Assembly (NCBI RefSeq): GCF_009914755.1
Contig: NC_060925.1
Length of the DNA stretch: 64,000 nt
Source: the human T2T-CHM13v2.0 reference genome, Homo sapiens
Reading direction: 5' to 3' (one strand)
Positions 17,797 to 44,594 of this stretch are shown piece by piece; positions within the stretch are counted from its first letter, which is position 1; the number at the start of each line of letters is the position of its first letter. A program made the translations under genes and the position numbers. The notes under the pieces are model-generated. The model searched no databases and was not told the origin of the DNA. It saw nothing but the letters and a program-made list of their open reading frames with translations.

Positions 17797-18523
17797 TGTA
17801 TTGATTTCTTAGGGCTGCTTTAAGAATGTACCACAGGCCAGGCGTGGTGGCTCACATGTGTAATCCTAGCACTTTGGGAGGCCGAGGTGGGCGGATCACA
17901 AAGTCAGGAGTTCGAGACTGGCCTGGCCAATATGGTGAAACCCCGTCTCCATTAAAAATACAAAAATTAGCGGGCGTGGTGGCACGTGCTTGTAGTTCCA
18001 GCTACTCAGGAGGCTGAGGCAGAGGAATTGCTTGAACCTGGGAGGCAGAGGTTGCAGTGAGTCAAGACTGCGCCACTGCACTCCAGCCTGGACAACAGAG
18101 TGAGACTCCATTGCAAACAAACAAACAAACAAACAAACCATAAAAAGAATGTACCACAAATTGGGTGGCTTTAAACAACAGAAATTTATTCTTTCACAGC
18201 TTTGGAGGCCCGAAGTCCAAGATCAAGGTGTCACCAGGGCCATGCTGCACTCTGGGTGGAATCCTTCCTGGCCTCTTCTGGCTTCTGGCTGTGGCTGGCA
18301 ATCTTGGCATTCCTTCACTTGCAGCTGCACCCCTCCCCCGCTGTGCCTCCATCTTCCCATGGTGCCAGTCATAGTGGATGAAGGGCCCATCCTACTCCAG
18401 AATGAGTTCATCTTTAAAAAATTGCATCTGTAAGACCCTATTTCCAAATAAGGTTACGTTGCGCAGGCCTGAGGGTTAGGGCTTCAGTATATTGTTTTGA
18501 GGGACGCAATTCAACCTCTAACA
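17797..18523 (-). mobile_element. MLT1 (MaLR) solo LTR interrupted by Alu 17836-18144
   Basis: tgtattg...agggctgct...aaacaacagaaatttatt...aagtccaagatcaaggtg...caattcaacctctaaca; Alu TSD aagaatgtaccaca. Confidence 0.85.
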
Positions 18524-19046
18524 GCATCTGAAACTTCGCATGTCAAAAGAGAATTTTCAATTTCTACCCTGTACACCTGCTTCTCCTTCAGTGTTTCCCA
18601 TTTCAGTAAATGGCAGCACCATCCACATGATTTCTCAGGCCAGATGCCATCCAGGAGTCAACTTTGACTTCTCTTTTTGTGCTCACACCCGAAATCCAAT
18701 CCATCAGGGAGTCCCATCAGCCCACCTTCAAAATGTCTTTCCAGCCTCACTGCTTTTCACTACTCCATGGCACTGACCAAAGCCACTGTCCCCACTTGCT
18801 TGGAATACTTAGTAACCTCCTGTATAGTTTCCTTGCTTCCACACTGGCCAAGAATGTGCTCTCGGTTGTCCACAGAGCAGCCAGAGAGAATCTTTCAAGA
18901 ACATGCCATTCCCCTGCTAAAACCCTCCCGTAGCTTCCCAGAACCATCAGAACACAAACTACACTGCCAGTCTTGGGCTCAGGGTGCTGCATTGTTTCAC
19001 CCTCACCTCACTGCACTTTCCCCTCATTTTGCTGTTGTGTTCCTGA

Positions 19047-20015
<969 letters not shown>

Positions 20016-20236
20016 TAAGTAGTTTCATGGAGGCATAATTTACATACCATAAGATCCACTTGTTTTAAATCCACAATTCAAAGATTTTTAAATAAACTTG
20101 TAAAGTTGTGCAAATATCATCACAATCCAGTTGGAGAACATATCACCCCAAAAGATCCCCCATATCTGCATACATAATGAATTTTTTTAAGTTTCATTGA
20201 GGTATCTTCTTGTGGTTTTTATAAAAGATATTTTCT

Positions 20237-20595
<359 letters not shown>

Positions 20596-21356
20596 TTACT
20601 TTGGCCCTTCAGTAATCTGCTCAAAACTTCCTTCTTCAAAGAAGCCTCTTCTGACCACCCTGTCTAAAATGGAAACTCTCATCTGCTTACACTTCATCCT
20701 GATCTTATGTCTGTTTGTGTGGTGTTGCTTTCCCCAGAAAGGACCATGAGAGCAGGAACTTTGTCTTGCATCTGATCATTACATCCCCAGGGCCTAGAAC
20801 GGTGCCTGGGGTACAGAGGTGCCCAATAAATATGTGTTTAGTCAATGCAAGAATGAAGATAATTGGAGCATCGTCAATTTCCTTATCACTTTATTGCCAG
20901 TCTTTGCTTCTTTTAATTCACAATGTTTCTTTGAGTGAATGTCTTAGGGCTGCTTTAAGAATGTAAATTGGGTGGTTATTTTGACTTTTATGTCTGCTTT
21001 TCAATATTTCTACTTTTAATTTATTTCACTTACCTAAACCTCGATCTTCCTTCCAGGAAAGATAAATTTGGTTCATTCTAATCCTCTTTCTCCTCCAAAT
21101 TGTGGTTTAGTAGTCTAACCTTCTTTTTGAAATTCTACACGTTTTATAGTTTTTACACTCTGTTTACTGATTGATAACTTGCTATTACTGGTTTTGCTTT
21201 TTATTGAGTTAATCTACTTATCTGTCTGCTTTCACATACTTTAAGCTGCCTATTTTATTCTGATTGTGATCAAAGCTGTCACTAGTGTTTATTGATTTTT
21301 TTCTGTTCTTTCTCTCTATTTTTACATTTCTACAAGATGAAATTTGTACTCACTAG

Positions 21357-23843
<2,487 letters not shown>

Positions 23844-25019
23844 TGTAAAGGGGCTATTTTAGAGGGATGGTCACTGATATGGGGCTATTGAGCAGAGATC
23901 TGAATGAGGGTGAACAATGAGAAGACACAGGGGAAGAGTGTTTGAGGCCATGCAAAGGGCCTGAGGCAAGAGAGTGCTTCACTTGTTCAAGTGGAGCAAG
24001 GCTGGCCTTAGAGTGAGGGCCAGTGCTAGGAGATGCATTCAGAAAGGTGGACCCTGTCGAGCCACTGTCCCCTTGATTGTGATTTGCCAGCCACCTGGCC
24101 TTGTCACATTCCTGGAACACACCTGTCCTTGCTGTCTTGTGCCTTTTCTCTTTCTGTTCTCTAGAGTGCCAGTGTTCTTTCCGTGGCTGTTCTCATGGGT
24201 GCCTTCTCATTGTGCTTTTTACAGCAGTATATTTGTTTACATCTTTTTTTTTTTGGAAGGAAAATCTGTATTATTTTAATTATTTTTATATACTGAAAAC
24301 TCAACAGTGTACATTTAATCCAGCTTGGTGGCAAGTTCTTTAGCCTTTGCCTTTTTGAGATTGGTAATGCGGGCCATAGACTTGGAAGCCAGGACATTGC
24401 CTCCCCAGTGACAGCAGATCTCGTCGTGTCTGTCTTTGTAATTGGTCCTGATAGCTTCCACCAGCTTAGCCAAAGCTCCTTTGTCTTCCGAGTTAACCCA
24501 TGCGAAGGCAACAGTGGTGCAGGTCTTCCTGTAGACTAGACGTCCCAGTCTTGCCTTCCCCTTGATAGTGCAGTAAGGGACCCCCATTTTACGACACAGG
24601 GCAGGCAGGAAGACAACAGCTCGATGGGATCCATGTCGTGTGCAGTGATCACCAGCTGAGACTTTTTGTTCTCCACCAAGGTGGTGACGTTGTTAACTCC
24701 TGCTTGAAGGACATTGAAGGACTGGTGGTCTCTTAGTGGGGACATCCCCTTTGCTGGCAGCTGTCTTCTCAGCCCAGAGCCAACAGCCTCTGCTTCTTCT
24801 CTTGCTTTGTCTCTGGTCTGTACTTGTGGGCCAGCTTAAGCAGCTGAGTAGCTGTATGGCGGTCCAGGGCTTGGGTGAACAGGTTCATCACAGGAGGCAC
24901 TTTCAGCCTCTTATAGAGGATGGCTCTCTGCCACTGCAGCCTGATACAGTGGGGCCATTTCACAAAGCCGGTGAGGTCCCTTTTGGGCTGGATGTCCTGT
25001 CCCATGCCAAAATTCTTAG

Positions 25020-25429
<410 letters not shown>

Positions 25430-25606
25430 TGGCCTTTTCTTAAACAGGGGATTCACCACTTTCTTGGCTTTCTGCTTCTTCTTGACAGCAGGGGCGGGAG
25501 CCGCCTTCTTCCCCTTGGGCTTCTTTCTTTTTGGCATCTTGGGCAGTGGGAGGAGAGATTGTTTACTTCTTTATTGACTTGCCCTAGCACCCCAACTGGC
25601 ATATCA

Positions 25607-26952
<1,346 letters not shown>

Positions 26953-27269
26953 AGGAGATGGGTTTCTATTCCGTGCAGTTATACACAATTTCTAATTAAT
27001 ACAGCTTAATTGAGAAGGTGAGATTTGATCAGGGCTTTGAAGGATGTGAGTAGCAACTAACTGCGAGAAGGGGGCCAATGAAACAGTAATTCCTAGAGGC
27101 TCTGTTCAGACTTAGGGCTTTTGAATATCAGGGGTTCATCATCTGAGCTGCTGAATTAGACTAGGACTTCTTAAATACTTCTAAAATTGGTCTTGGGAAT
27201 GAACCTGCAAGAAGAAAAAAGCCTAATAAAAATAGTAATAGTAGCAGTAGTAGCAGTACTAGTAATAGC

Positions 27270-28214
<945 letters not shown>

Positions 28215-28219
<5 letters not shown>

Positions 28220-28420
28220 CCAATGTAATAGGCTTTGTTCTAAAGGACTTACATGCGTTGCCTCCTTCAGTCCTCACAGCTACTCTTTGATGAAGGGTAG
28301 TTCCCACCTTATGGCTGAGGAAATAGAAGCAAAGAGAGGTCAAGCAACTTGCCCCAGGCTACACAGCTAGGAAATGGATGAGCCAGGATCTGAACCCAGG
28401 CAGTATGGCCTGAGCCTGAG
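28215..28420 (-). mobile_element. MIR
   Basis: gaggtcaagcaacttgccccaggctacacagctag core. Confidence 0.75.
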
Positions 28421-28938
28421 CTCATTAGTTCATGCCAGGCAGGGTTTGACCAAAACCTTGGACTCACTCCTGTCTGCTTTCCTTCAGTGACTAAGAGGAT
28501 TCCTGAGATGGATGTGCAAACATGAAGTGTTTACTTTCCTCCATGGGAATGTACTTCTGGCTTCCACTCCTCAGCTGCTGCTGCTAAGCCAGTGAGATAG
28601 ATGGTGGTTTGGAAACACCCTCATGTGTGTTTCTTCTTTTTGTTGTTTTTGGGATCCTTACTGAAATAATTTTCCCCTCATTTTATGAAATATAGAGGTT
28701 CTTGCTGTATCTTATACCCCACCCCAAATTCTACTGATTTGTACTGAGCTGTGATAAAAATAATGATACCAAGTACATGCAGGGTTTCTTCCAGCCTCTA
28801 GGACCTGGCTTTGTCTTCCACTGCTCCTTCCGGGATGCTCCTCTGAGAACCAAAATCCGACCCTTTACATCCAGATCAGGACAAACTCACAGAGTAGTTT
28901 GCGAACTACTAGTTTAGAACTAGTTCGGAATCTGCTTG

Positions 28939-29152
28939 TTACGGTTTGTGACAAGAGGAACGCAGAAATCGAAAGTAAATAAGGGTAAGAGACTTTTTAG
29001 CAATTGAGCATTTGTCCCCAACACCCAAGCATATGATCAGGGAATTAGTCTTGACGGGGCATGGACCCCTTTGGATGCTGTTGAACTTGTGATGAGTTGC
29101 ATGCTGCGTGAGCTGTGTTAAAGTCATGGGCAATAGGACTGATTTTTGGTTC
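28939..29152 (-). pseudogene. Candidate exon L (phase 2 start): NQKSVLLPMTLTQLTQHATHHKFNSIQRGPCPVKTNSLIICLGVGDKCSIAKKSLTLIYFRFLRSSCHKP*
   Basis: Very strong acceptor ttttattttgttttgttttaatttccaccccttcag|G; 70 open codons to TAA; a gtgagt donor also lies just past 28891. Confidence 0.45.
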
Positions 29153-29339
29153 CTGAAGGGGTGGAAATTAAAACAAAACAAAATAAAACCAAACCAAACA
29201 AAGTAAAACGAAAGAAGTGACCCTTTATCACAGAAAGTTTGTGAGTCACTGCTCTAACCCATATCACATTTTGCCACTTGTGAATCACCATAGTATTTCA
29301 GTCTACATCACATAATCTAGGACTGGACTATACAGGTTT

Positions 29340-30283
<944 letters not shown>

Positions 30284-30409
30284 AGTAGGGTTGGACAGAA
30301 AGCAGAGTCAGCTTTGCCTCACTTGGTGGTAAAAAGAAAAAAGAAAGTCTCGAAACATTTATTTATTTATTAGAAATGCAAAGCCAACGAAGAATCTTCA
30401 GGCAAACGA

Positions 30410-30640
30410 TTGTAGTGACTGTTTATTGGAGGTTATTGTGTGCCAGGCATTGTGCATTTACATATATTATTTCATTTAACCTTTATACCATAATCTTTTA
30501 AAAGTAGGTATAATTATCACCATTTTGCAGATGAAGAAAATGAGGTGTCAGAGAGGTTAGGTAACTGGCCCAAGGTCACACAGCTACTAAATGGTGGCAG
30601 TCTGTCTGACTTGGAAGCCTGTGTGCTTTTGCTTATTCCC
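30410..30640 (-). mobile_element. MIR
   Basis: cattttgcagatgaagaaaatgagg...gaggttaggtaactggcccaaggtcacacagcta. Confidence 0.85.
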
Positions 30641-30785
30641 ATTATTGCTTGATGACACCAATTGCTGCTAAAAGGGAATGTTACTGGATTTAGAGGATAT
30701 GTGTACTCTGTCATTTTTCTAAAACAGCCTTCTTTGGCATTGTTTCAGGGTCTTATATTTCCATTAAAGCCTTCCCTTTAGATAC

Positions 30786-31080
30786 TTAGCTTTTACTTCA
30801 GAGGATGGTGCGGGAGTTACAGCTTGGGCTAGGCTATCCTGCAAATTGCAATTCCAGCTTTTCCTTTCCATCTCTTGGGAGAAGACAGAGACAAAGCCTT
30901 CTTCTTTGGCTTTAATTAGGCTGTAATTCAGCCTCATCACCGGGGAGGTCGGGACCTGCAGCTTTAGGAGAGATCTGCGTCCTGTCTTTGAGGACAGCAG
31001 ATTTGCTTCGGGACTCTGGAGTGCTGTCAGCACTGTGACCAGGATGGGGTTTTCAGAGGCTGCTTTCTGGTTCTTTAAGG
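30786..31080 (-). pseudogene. Candidate exon K (295 nt, phase 1 to 2): LKNQKAASENPILVTVLTALQSPEANLLSSKTGRRSLLKLQVPTSPVMRLNYSLIKAKEEGFVSVFSQEMERKSWNCNLQDSLAQAVTPAPSSEVKA
   Basis: 97 open codons in a GC-richer unique island; weak splice sites; phase matches L. Confidence 0.35.
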
Positions 31081-31862
31081 CTAATTTTTAAATTTCATTA
31101 TTATTGTTTTTTTAGTGCTTTAGTAGTTTTCAAAGGCTTTTATTGTTTAATTGAAAAATATGTTTATTAGTTCATATTTTTTATTTTTTAGACAGAGTCT
31201 TGCTCTGTCACCCAGGCTGGAGTGCAGTGGTGCAATCTCGGCTCACTGCAATCTCCGCCGCGGGGGTTCAAGTTATTCGTTGCCTCAGCCTCCCGAGTAG
31301 CTGGGACTACCGGTGCCCGCCACCACACCCAGCTAAATTTTGTATTTTTAGTAGAGACAGGGTTTTGCTGTGTTGGCCAGGCTGGTCTCGAACTCCTGAC
31401 CTCAAGTGATCCACCTGCCTCTGCCTCCCAAAGTGCTGGGATTACAGGCGTGAGCCACTGTACCCGGCCAATTAGTTCATAATTTAATCAGCTTTGAACA
31501 TTATTCAAACAATTTGCGATCCCGAATTAGAATTCAATTGCAGTTTATATAAGATGAAGGTACATTTAATAAAGGAACATTTATCTACTAATATACTTAA
31601 CTTGGTTGTTGAATTATCCTCAGAACATAAATTTATAATAGTATTCCTTTAAATGTACCGTATTTTTTAAAACCGAATTGACTACTTTAAGGATGCAGGT
31701 ATAGCTAAAAAGTCATTTAGAACTTTTTAAACAGTACTTTGAGTTGCCGTTTTATAATTTTTTTTATACATAAAACATAACTGAATTTATGGCTGGTATT
31801 TGCATTTCTAAATCAGAATATCAGATCTATACTTGAAAAACCTTTTTTAAAAAACTGTTTTA

Positions 31863-32204
<342 letters not shown>

Positions 32205-32451
32205 CTACATTCAATATGAGTTCTTCGACATGATTCAATTTCAATGATTATGCAAAGGCATAATTCTGGAGAAGCAAATTCTCTGCTTTTCATGTTTTGC
32301 TTCCTTTGAGGTGACCTAGTAATTAATAGAGAAATCAGAATAATTGTGATTCAGGATGTTATTATAAGGAAAGGTAATGTCAGGAGGGAAAAAAATAGAC
32401 TCCCCTCTTAGGAACCTAAGTGGTCTTACGAAAAGTAGTTTACTTACCATG

Positions 32452-32807
32452 TGTATTAGTCCATTTTCACACTGCTGATAAAGACATACCTGAGACCTGA
32501 TAATTTACAAAAGAGAGAGGTTTAACTGGACTTACAGTTCCACACAGCTGGGGAAGCCCCACAATCATGGTGAAAGCCAAGGAGGAGCAAGTCACGTCTT
32601 ACATGGATGTCGGCAGGCAAAGAGAGAGAGCTTGTGCAGGGGAACTCCTCTTTTGAAAACCATCAGATCTCGTGAGACTTATTCACTACTACCAGAACAG
32701 CATGGGAAAGACTTGCCCCATGATTCAGTTACCTCCCACTGAGTCCTTCCCACAACACGTGGGAATTCAAGATGAGATTTGGGTGGGGACACAGCCAAAC
32801 CATATCA
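32452..32807 (-). mobile_element. THE1 (MaLR) solo LTR
   Basis: tgtattagtccattttcacactgctgataaagacatacc...gacacagccaaaccatatca; exact 5-bp TSD CCATG (32447-32451 and 32808-32812). Confidence 0.95.
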
Positions 32808-32919
32808 CCATGATACCTCTAAAATATATGTGTATGTGTGTAACTAGTTTCTAGTTTTTCTTTAGTCAATTATCTCTGTCACACTGTTACTGTTCTTTTT
32901 TTTTTTTTTTTTTTTTTGA

Positions 32920-33234
<315 letters not shown>

Positions 33235-33727
33235 TAACTGGGGATCAAAGCCTTGAGTTCCGGCTGCTAAATGACACTTCATCCATCCCTTCCCTGCAGT
33301 CCAGCTGCCTGCAGCTGCTATATCTCTTGCCTTTTAACTGGTCTTCTTGATTCCAAGATCTTCCATTCTGCAATCCATCTTTCACACTGCCACCTGGGTG
33401 ATGGCTGTTTTGAAAACAATACCTGATCATGTCACGCTGCCACTTAAAATCCTCCCATCTTCATTTCTCACAGAATAAAACAAAAGACAACATAAGACTC
33501 AGGCACAAAATAAAGGCAAGGTCAGACACAGAGCCCTTGCCTCTTAATCGTTGCCCACTGTTCCTTCTGCATTCGCAGGTGTTCTAGCCTCAGGGACAAA
33601 CCATGGTCCGTCCTTTCAGCTAAACTTTACTCTTGGCCTAGAATGTTCTTCACCAGCCTGCCCCCACCGGACCTGGGACCTCTGTGGATGCCTTGGCATC
33701 ACCACCTCCAGGATAAGCCTTCCTTGA

Positions 33728-34084
<357 letters not shown>

Positions 34085-35317
34085 TGAGTAGCTGGGATTA
34101 CAGATGTGCACCACTGTGCCCACATAATTTTTGTATTTTTAGTAGAGACGGTGTTTTACTCTGTTGGCCAGGCTGGTTTCAAACTCATGGCCTCAAGTGA
34201 TCCACCCGCCTCGGCCTCCCAAAGTGCTGGGATTACAGGCGTGAGCCAGCACTCATGGCCCCTCTCTTGCTTCTAGTGAACCAAAATCCCAATGCATTTT
34301 AAATATTAATCTCGGTTACATGAGTTTTAATTACGATATTTGTATCTAATTATTGCATTTTAAAAACAGGGTTGCACAGCGGTTGAGGCCTCTGGCTCTG
34401 AATGCTGACTGCCTGGATTCTGGTTCTGCCTCTGGCATTTCCTATCTGGGTTATATGGGGAAATTACTTAAGCTGCCTGTACTTCAGCGTGCCGTCTGTC
34501 AAATGGGGATAATAATAGGGCCCACTTCATAGGGCTGAAGATTTAGTGAATCAATATATGTAAAGCTCTCGGCTGTGACAGTAAATAATATTTACTGAGC
34601 CCTTTATTCATCCCATGAGGAAGCCATTATGTAAATTGCATAGATTTTATTTGAGAAAATACTTTTTAAACTATTTTATTTATTGCTATATTCATCTGTG
34701 AAATAAATAATTGCATAATGTAAAATCAGTTGTAAGAAATTGCTAGTTATCCATAGTGTTTTTCCTCAGGAAAATGAAAAACTTCAAACAAAGGAATTTT
34801 ATATTCTTTTTCTTTTTTGAGTTGGAGTCTCGTTCTGTTGTCCAGGCTGGGGTGCAGTGGTGCAATCTCGACTCAATGCAACCTCCTCCTCCTGGGTTCA
34901 AGCGATTCTCCTGCCTCAGACTCCCCATGCATCTAGGATTACACACGTGCGCCACCACACCCGGCTAATTTTTTGTATTTTTAGTAGAGACGGGGTTTCA
35001 CCATGTTGGCCAGGCTGGTCACGAACTCTTGAACTCAAGTGATCCGCTTGCCTCGACCTCCCAAAGTGTTGGGATTACAGGCGTGAGCCACCGCGCCAGG
35101 CTGGAATTTTATATTCTTGGGCAGAAAAGTTTAATGTACTTCTTAGGTTTAGTAATTTTAGTCAGAGCCTTTACTGACTGGTAGATTACCTACAGTTTAT
35201 TGAACTAATATATTCTGTTTCTGAAGAATGCAGCGCCTAGATTGCCTGCCTCATATTAACGTGCTTAGCAGAACTAGAAGTAACAATTAAACATTTCTGG
35301 TCGGGTGTGGTGGCTCA

Positions 35318-35658
<341 letters not shown>

Positions 35659-36125
35659 TCAGGGAATTGCAATTTATTTTCTCAGTTCTCCCGTGCATGG
35701 GTGATTCTAATTTTGATCATTATAAATGATGCTGAAATGAACAACTTTTCACCCCAAACTTATTGTACATCTTTAATTTTTTCCTTAGAAAAAATTGATC
35801 AAGGCAGAATGATCAGATCAAAGGAAATGATTGAATCTTTGGATACCAATTGCTAGCTTACCTTTCAAATAAGTTAAACTAATTTACACTCTGACCAACA
35901 GTGTTTCAGTGTTCATTTCGTCTATATTTTGCTATCAATGAGTGTTAATCTTTTTTTTAATCTTTCCTAACTTTATAGGCCAAGAAAAATGAAGGTGTAT
36001 CATCCCGTTACTTGCACTTATTTAGTTTATTAGTTTTTAATAAAAGATTTATGCTTCAGATTCCACGATTTTTCTGATTACAAGATTGGTTTCTTTCTTT
36101 TTTTTTTTTGTTTTTTTTTTTTTGA

Positions 36126-36284
<159 letters not shown>

Positions 36285-36516
36285 TAGTAAAGACGGGGTT
36301 TCACCATGTTGGCCAGGCTGGTCTCAAACTCCTGACCTCAGGTGATCCGCCTGCCTCCACCTCCCAAAGTGCTAGGATTACAGGCATGAGCCACTGCGTC
36401 TGGCCTGATTACAAGATTTTTAATAGCCAAAACTTTTTATATCTAATAAGTTTTAATTGCATGTATCAAGTATGATTAAGAAGAATCACAAGACCTTAAA
36501 CTCCAGGCAGTGAAGA

Positions 36517-36518
<2 letters not shown>

Positions 36519-36556
<38 letters not shown>

Positions 36557-37235
36557 TAACTTTTATTTTAGGTTCAAGGGATACATGGTCAGGTTTGTTA
36601 CCTGGGTAAATTGTGTGTTGCTGAGGCTTGGTGTACGAATGATCCCATCACCCAGGTAGTGTGCATAGTACTGAAGGGGTAGATTTTTACCCCTTGCTCC
36701 TCTCCCCTCCTCCACCCTCTAGCAGTCCCGTGTCTATTGTTCCCATTTTTATGTCCATGTGTACTCAATACTTAGCTCCCACCTAGAAGTGAGAACATGC
36801 AGTCTTTGATGTTCCATTCCTGCATTGATTTGCTTAGGAAATGGCCTCCCGCTGCAGCCATGTTGCTTCAAAGGACATGATTTCATTCTTTTTTATGGCT
36901 GCATAGTATTCCATGGTGTATATGTACCATATTTTCTTTATCCAGTCCACTGTTGATGGGCATCTAGGTTGATTCTGGATCTTTGCTATTGTGAATAGTG
37001 CTGCAATGAACATACGAGTGCATGTGTCTTTTTTGTAGAATGACTTATTTTCCTTTGGGTATATACGCAGTAGCAGGATTGCTGAATCAAATGTTAGTTC
37101 TGTTTTACGTTCTTTGAGAAATCTCCAAACTGCTTTCCGCGGTGGCTGAACTAATTTACATTCACACCAACAGCATACAAGCATTCCCTTATCTCTGCAA
37201 CCTCGCCAACAGCTGTTAGTTTTTGTCTTTTTATG
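36519..37235 (-). mobile_element. L1 (old L1PA/L1PB) 3' fragment with (TTA)n tail
   Basis: ORF 36834..37304 contains the L1 ORF2 C-terminus (CWRGC...ECKLVQP...YTMEYYAAIKKNE); (att)n at 36518-36556. Confidence 0.9.
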
Positions 37236-37460
37236 TATAATTTTTTTTTTTTTGAGACAGAGTCTTTCCCTGTCACTCAGGCTGGAGTGCAGTGGTGCAA
37301 TCATGGCTCACTGCAGCCTCAAACTCCTGGGCTCAAGCTATGTATTGTTTATATATACATACAGGTGAAAAAATGTGTGTGTGTGTGTACACACACATAG
37401 ATTATTTGAATTTAAAATATATGGATAAACACATATATACATGTTTTAAATTCAGAAAAC

Positions 37461-37890
37461 CTTGATGGTGTTTGAAGGTAGACTCCTGAGGACTTGAGGG
37501 AAGGAAGGGGTTAAACAAGGCACTGGGCAAGCGTGGGGCAGACTTCTCGTCAGGAAATCTGGTATTTCAGGTTGGACTGGACTTTGGAGATGGCTGCTCC
37601 TTTGTTCAAGTGAAAAAATGCTTTAGATCTGGCTGCGCTCTCAGATGTGACTTGTACAAAATGAATTCTAGACTTTTCTCGCATCAAGAAAGTGAAGTGG
37701 GGCCTTCCGGTAACTTGAACAGACTTTACCCCGGGAATCCCAGACAGCAGCATCTCCGATTCCCTAAAGTGTGCACAATTACAGCTGTGGCAACCGACCC
37801 TAGGAAGGCTCAGCACCACAGCGAACCCGAGAATATTGGGAATAAACTTGGAAATGTGGAGATAGGTTCAACAAACCTTTGGGTGTTCAG
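37461..37890 (-). pseudogene. Candidate exon J: EHPKVC*TYLHISKFIPNILGFAVVLSLP...ESEMLLSGIPGVKSVQVTGRPHFTFLMREKSRIHFVQVTSESAARSKAFFHLNKGAAISKVQSNLKYQIS*
   Basis: Unique CpG-bearing island with about 105 open codons (ORF 37550..37819). Splice sites are weak or ambiguous (acceptor at 37890 or 37763; possible donor at 37461). Confidence 0.35.
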
Positions 37891-38339
37891 CTGTTTTTTT
37901 ACACAAAGCCGTTTATTTAGTATTAGATTACTGTGAGATTTCACATTTTCTGTGAGAGGAATTCTTAAGTAACAGTGATAGTGAAGTTGCCAGGTTTACC
38001 TCCACATGATTTTGTTTTCTTAGTCTCTATATTTTGGGATTCATTTATTTATATTTCTCCAATGACCAGCACCTATCCTGTAGATTACTTCTTGCAGAAA
38101 CTTTTTTTTTTTAGTTGCTTCATTTAACCTGTGACTAATTGGTTAAATAAAAACAACATGTACTCCTCGTATTTACAAGTACATTTCGTTCTGGGCCAGA
38201 TAAAAAGGAGTAAATTACACTGTTCATTCCTGTCGTTTTTTATCCCTCCCTTTCCTTCAAAATTATAAACAAAATTTACATTAGAAAGTTCTTAATTGCT
38301 TAAATAGTGTTCCTAGTGTTTATTTAGGTTTATTTTACT

Positions 38340-42662
<4,323 letters not shown>

Positions 42663-42794
42663 GAGGCATGCATTCTTCTGAAGGCTGGTTTACTCTGATC
42701 CTACAAGGTTGTAGCTGGAATCTGGGTGGTTTCCTAAGAGAACTGACAGTTCCCTGGTGAAGCTATTCATGGCTCTCTTGAAACCAAGAGAAGG

Positions 42795-43214
42795 GTGTAG
42801 GAGCAAAGGGAATTTCCTTTCCCCATTTTTGAAGGTTTGCTCATTTGAGTCTACAAAACGAACTCTCAATAGAGGGCTAACAGGACAAAGGCACACACAT
42901 TTATTCTGTGCACATGCACAGGGAGCCACACAAATATGAGACTCAAAGAAGGGCCAGATGACTGCAGTTTTTATACCCTACAGAGAGGACTAGATGCCTG
43001 GAGCTCCAGGTGGGAGGTGGTGACACGTCACAGGGGCCGCCAGGAGGAAAGGCATGGGTGAGCAAAGGCTGTCTTGTTATGCAGATGAGTCTTGCACACA
43101 TCATCCCTGGAAAGAATGGCTGGTAGCCTATGGTAAAAGTTCCTCTATCAGAACTTTAGTCTCCTTTTCCTGTGAGTTCACCTTTCCTGAATCTGGATAA
43201 GGAGATAGAGAGAT
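42795..43214 (-). mobile_element. ERV1-class LTR fragment (MER31-like)
   Basis: atgagactcaaagaagggccagatg and caaaggctgtcttgttatgcagat motifs; family assignment from memory. Confidence 0.5.
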
Positions 43215-44013
<799 letters not shown>

Positions 44014-44428
44014 GAAGGCGGAGGTTGCAGTGAGCCGAGATCGTGCCATTGCACTCTAGCCTGGGCGATAGAGCAAGACTCCGTCTCAAAAAAGAAAAAA
44101 GAAAAATATGCTAAAATGACGTTTTAAAAGTTGCTTGTCCACTCATATATTTTTGTCAAGCTTTGTGTTACGAAACAGAGTCAAAGCCTAGTATCATTTT
44201 TAGCAGGGGTTGGGGGAGGGGGTGGGAAGTGATAAGTGAGACTGGAGGGAAGGCCAAAGGATTTGAAGGACAGAAAAGCACATATCCTTCCTAGACCTCC
44301 CCTGGCTCCAGGATGGAAAATGACTTGGCAGGGGCCCTTTTTGTGCAGGCCAGAAGGGAATTTATTTCCCAGCTGTTCTGTTGTATTTTCCTTGTTAGTC
44401 TTTGCTCCCACGGTCTAAGAGCAAATAC

Positions 44429-44594
44429 CGGATCTTAGCGCCTACAGTACTGGTCAAGAGCTGCCACTTCAGTCAGTGTGACTCACAGCTGTCCGTGAAC
44501 CACCTACTGTAACAGCTGGCTAGACACCACAGCCCTGCGGCCCTGCAGCCCAGCCACGTCTTTTTAGCTTCACCTCGACGGCCTTGCTCTTGAC
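44429..44594 (-). pseudogene. Candidate exon H (166 nt, phase 1 to 2): QEQGRRGEAKKTWLGCRAAGLWCLASCYSRWFTDSCESH*LKWQLLTSTVGAKI
   Basis: Acceptor gatttcag| (an alternative ccttttctag| at 44619 adds PIKVMVISG in the same frame); donor CCG|gtattt (alternative internal gtgagt donor at 44487); CpG-bearing unique island. Confidence 0.45.
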
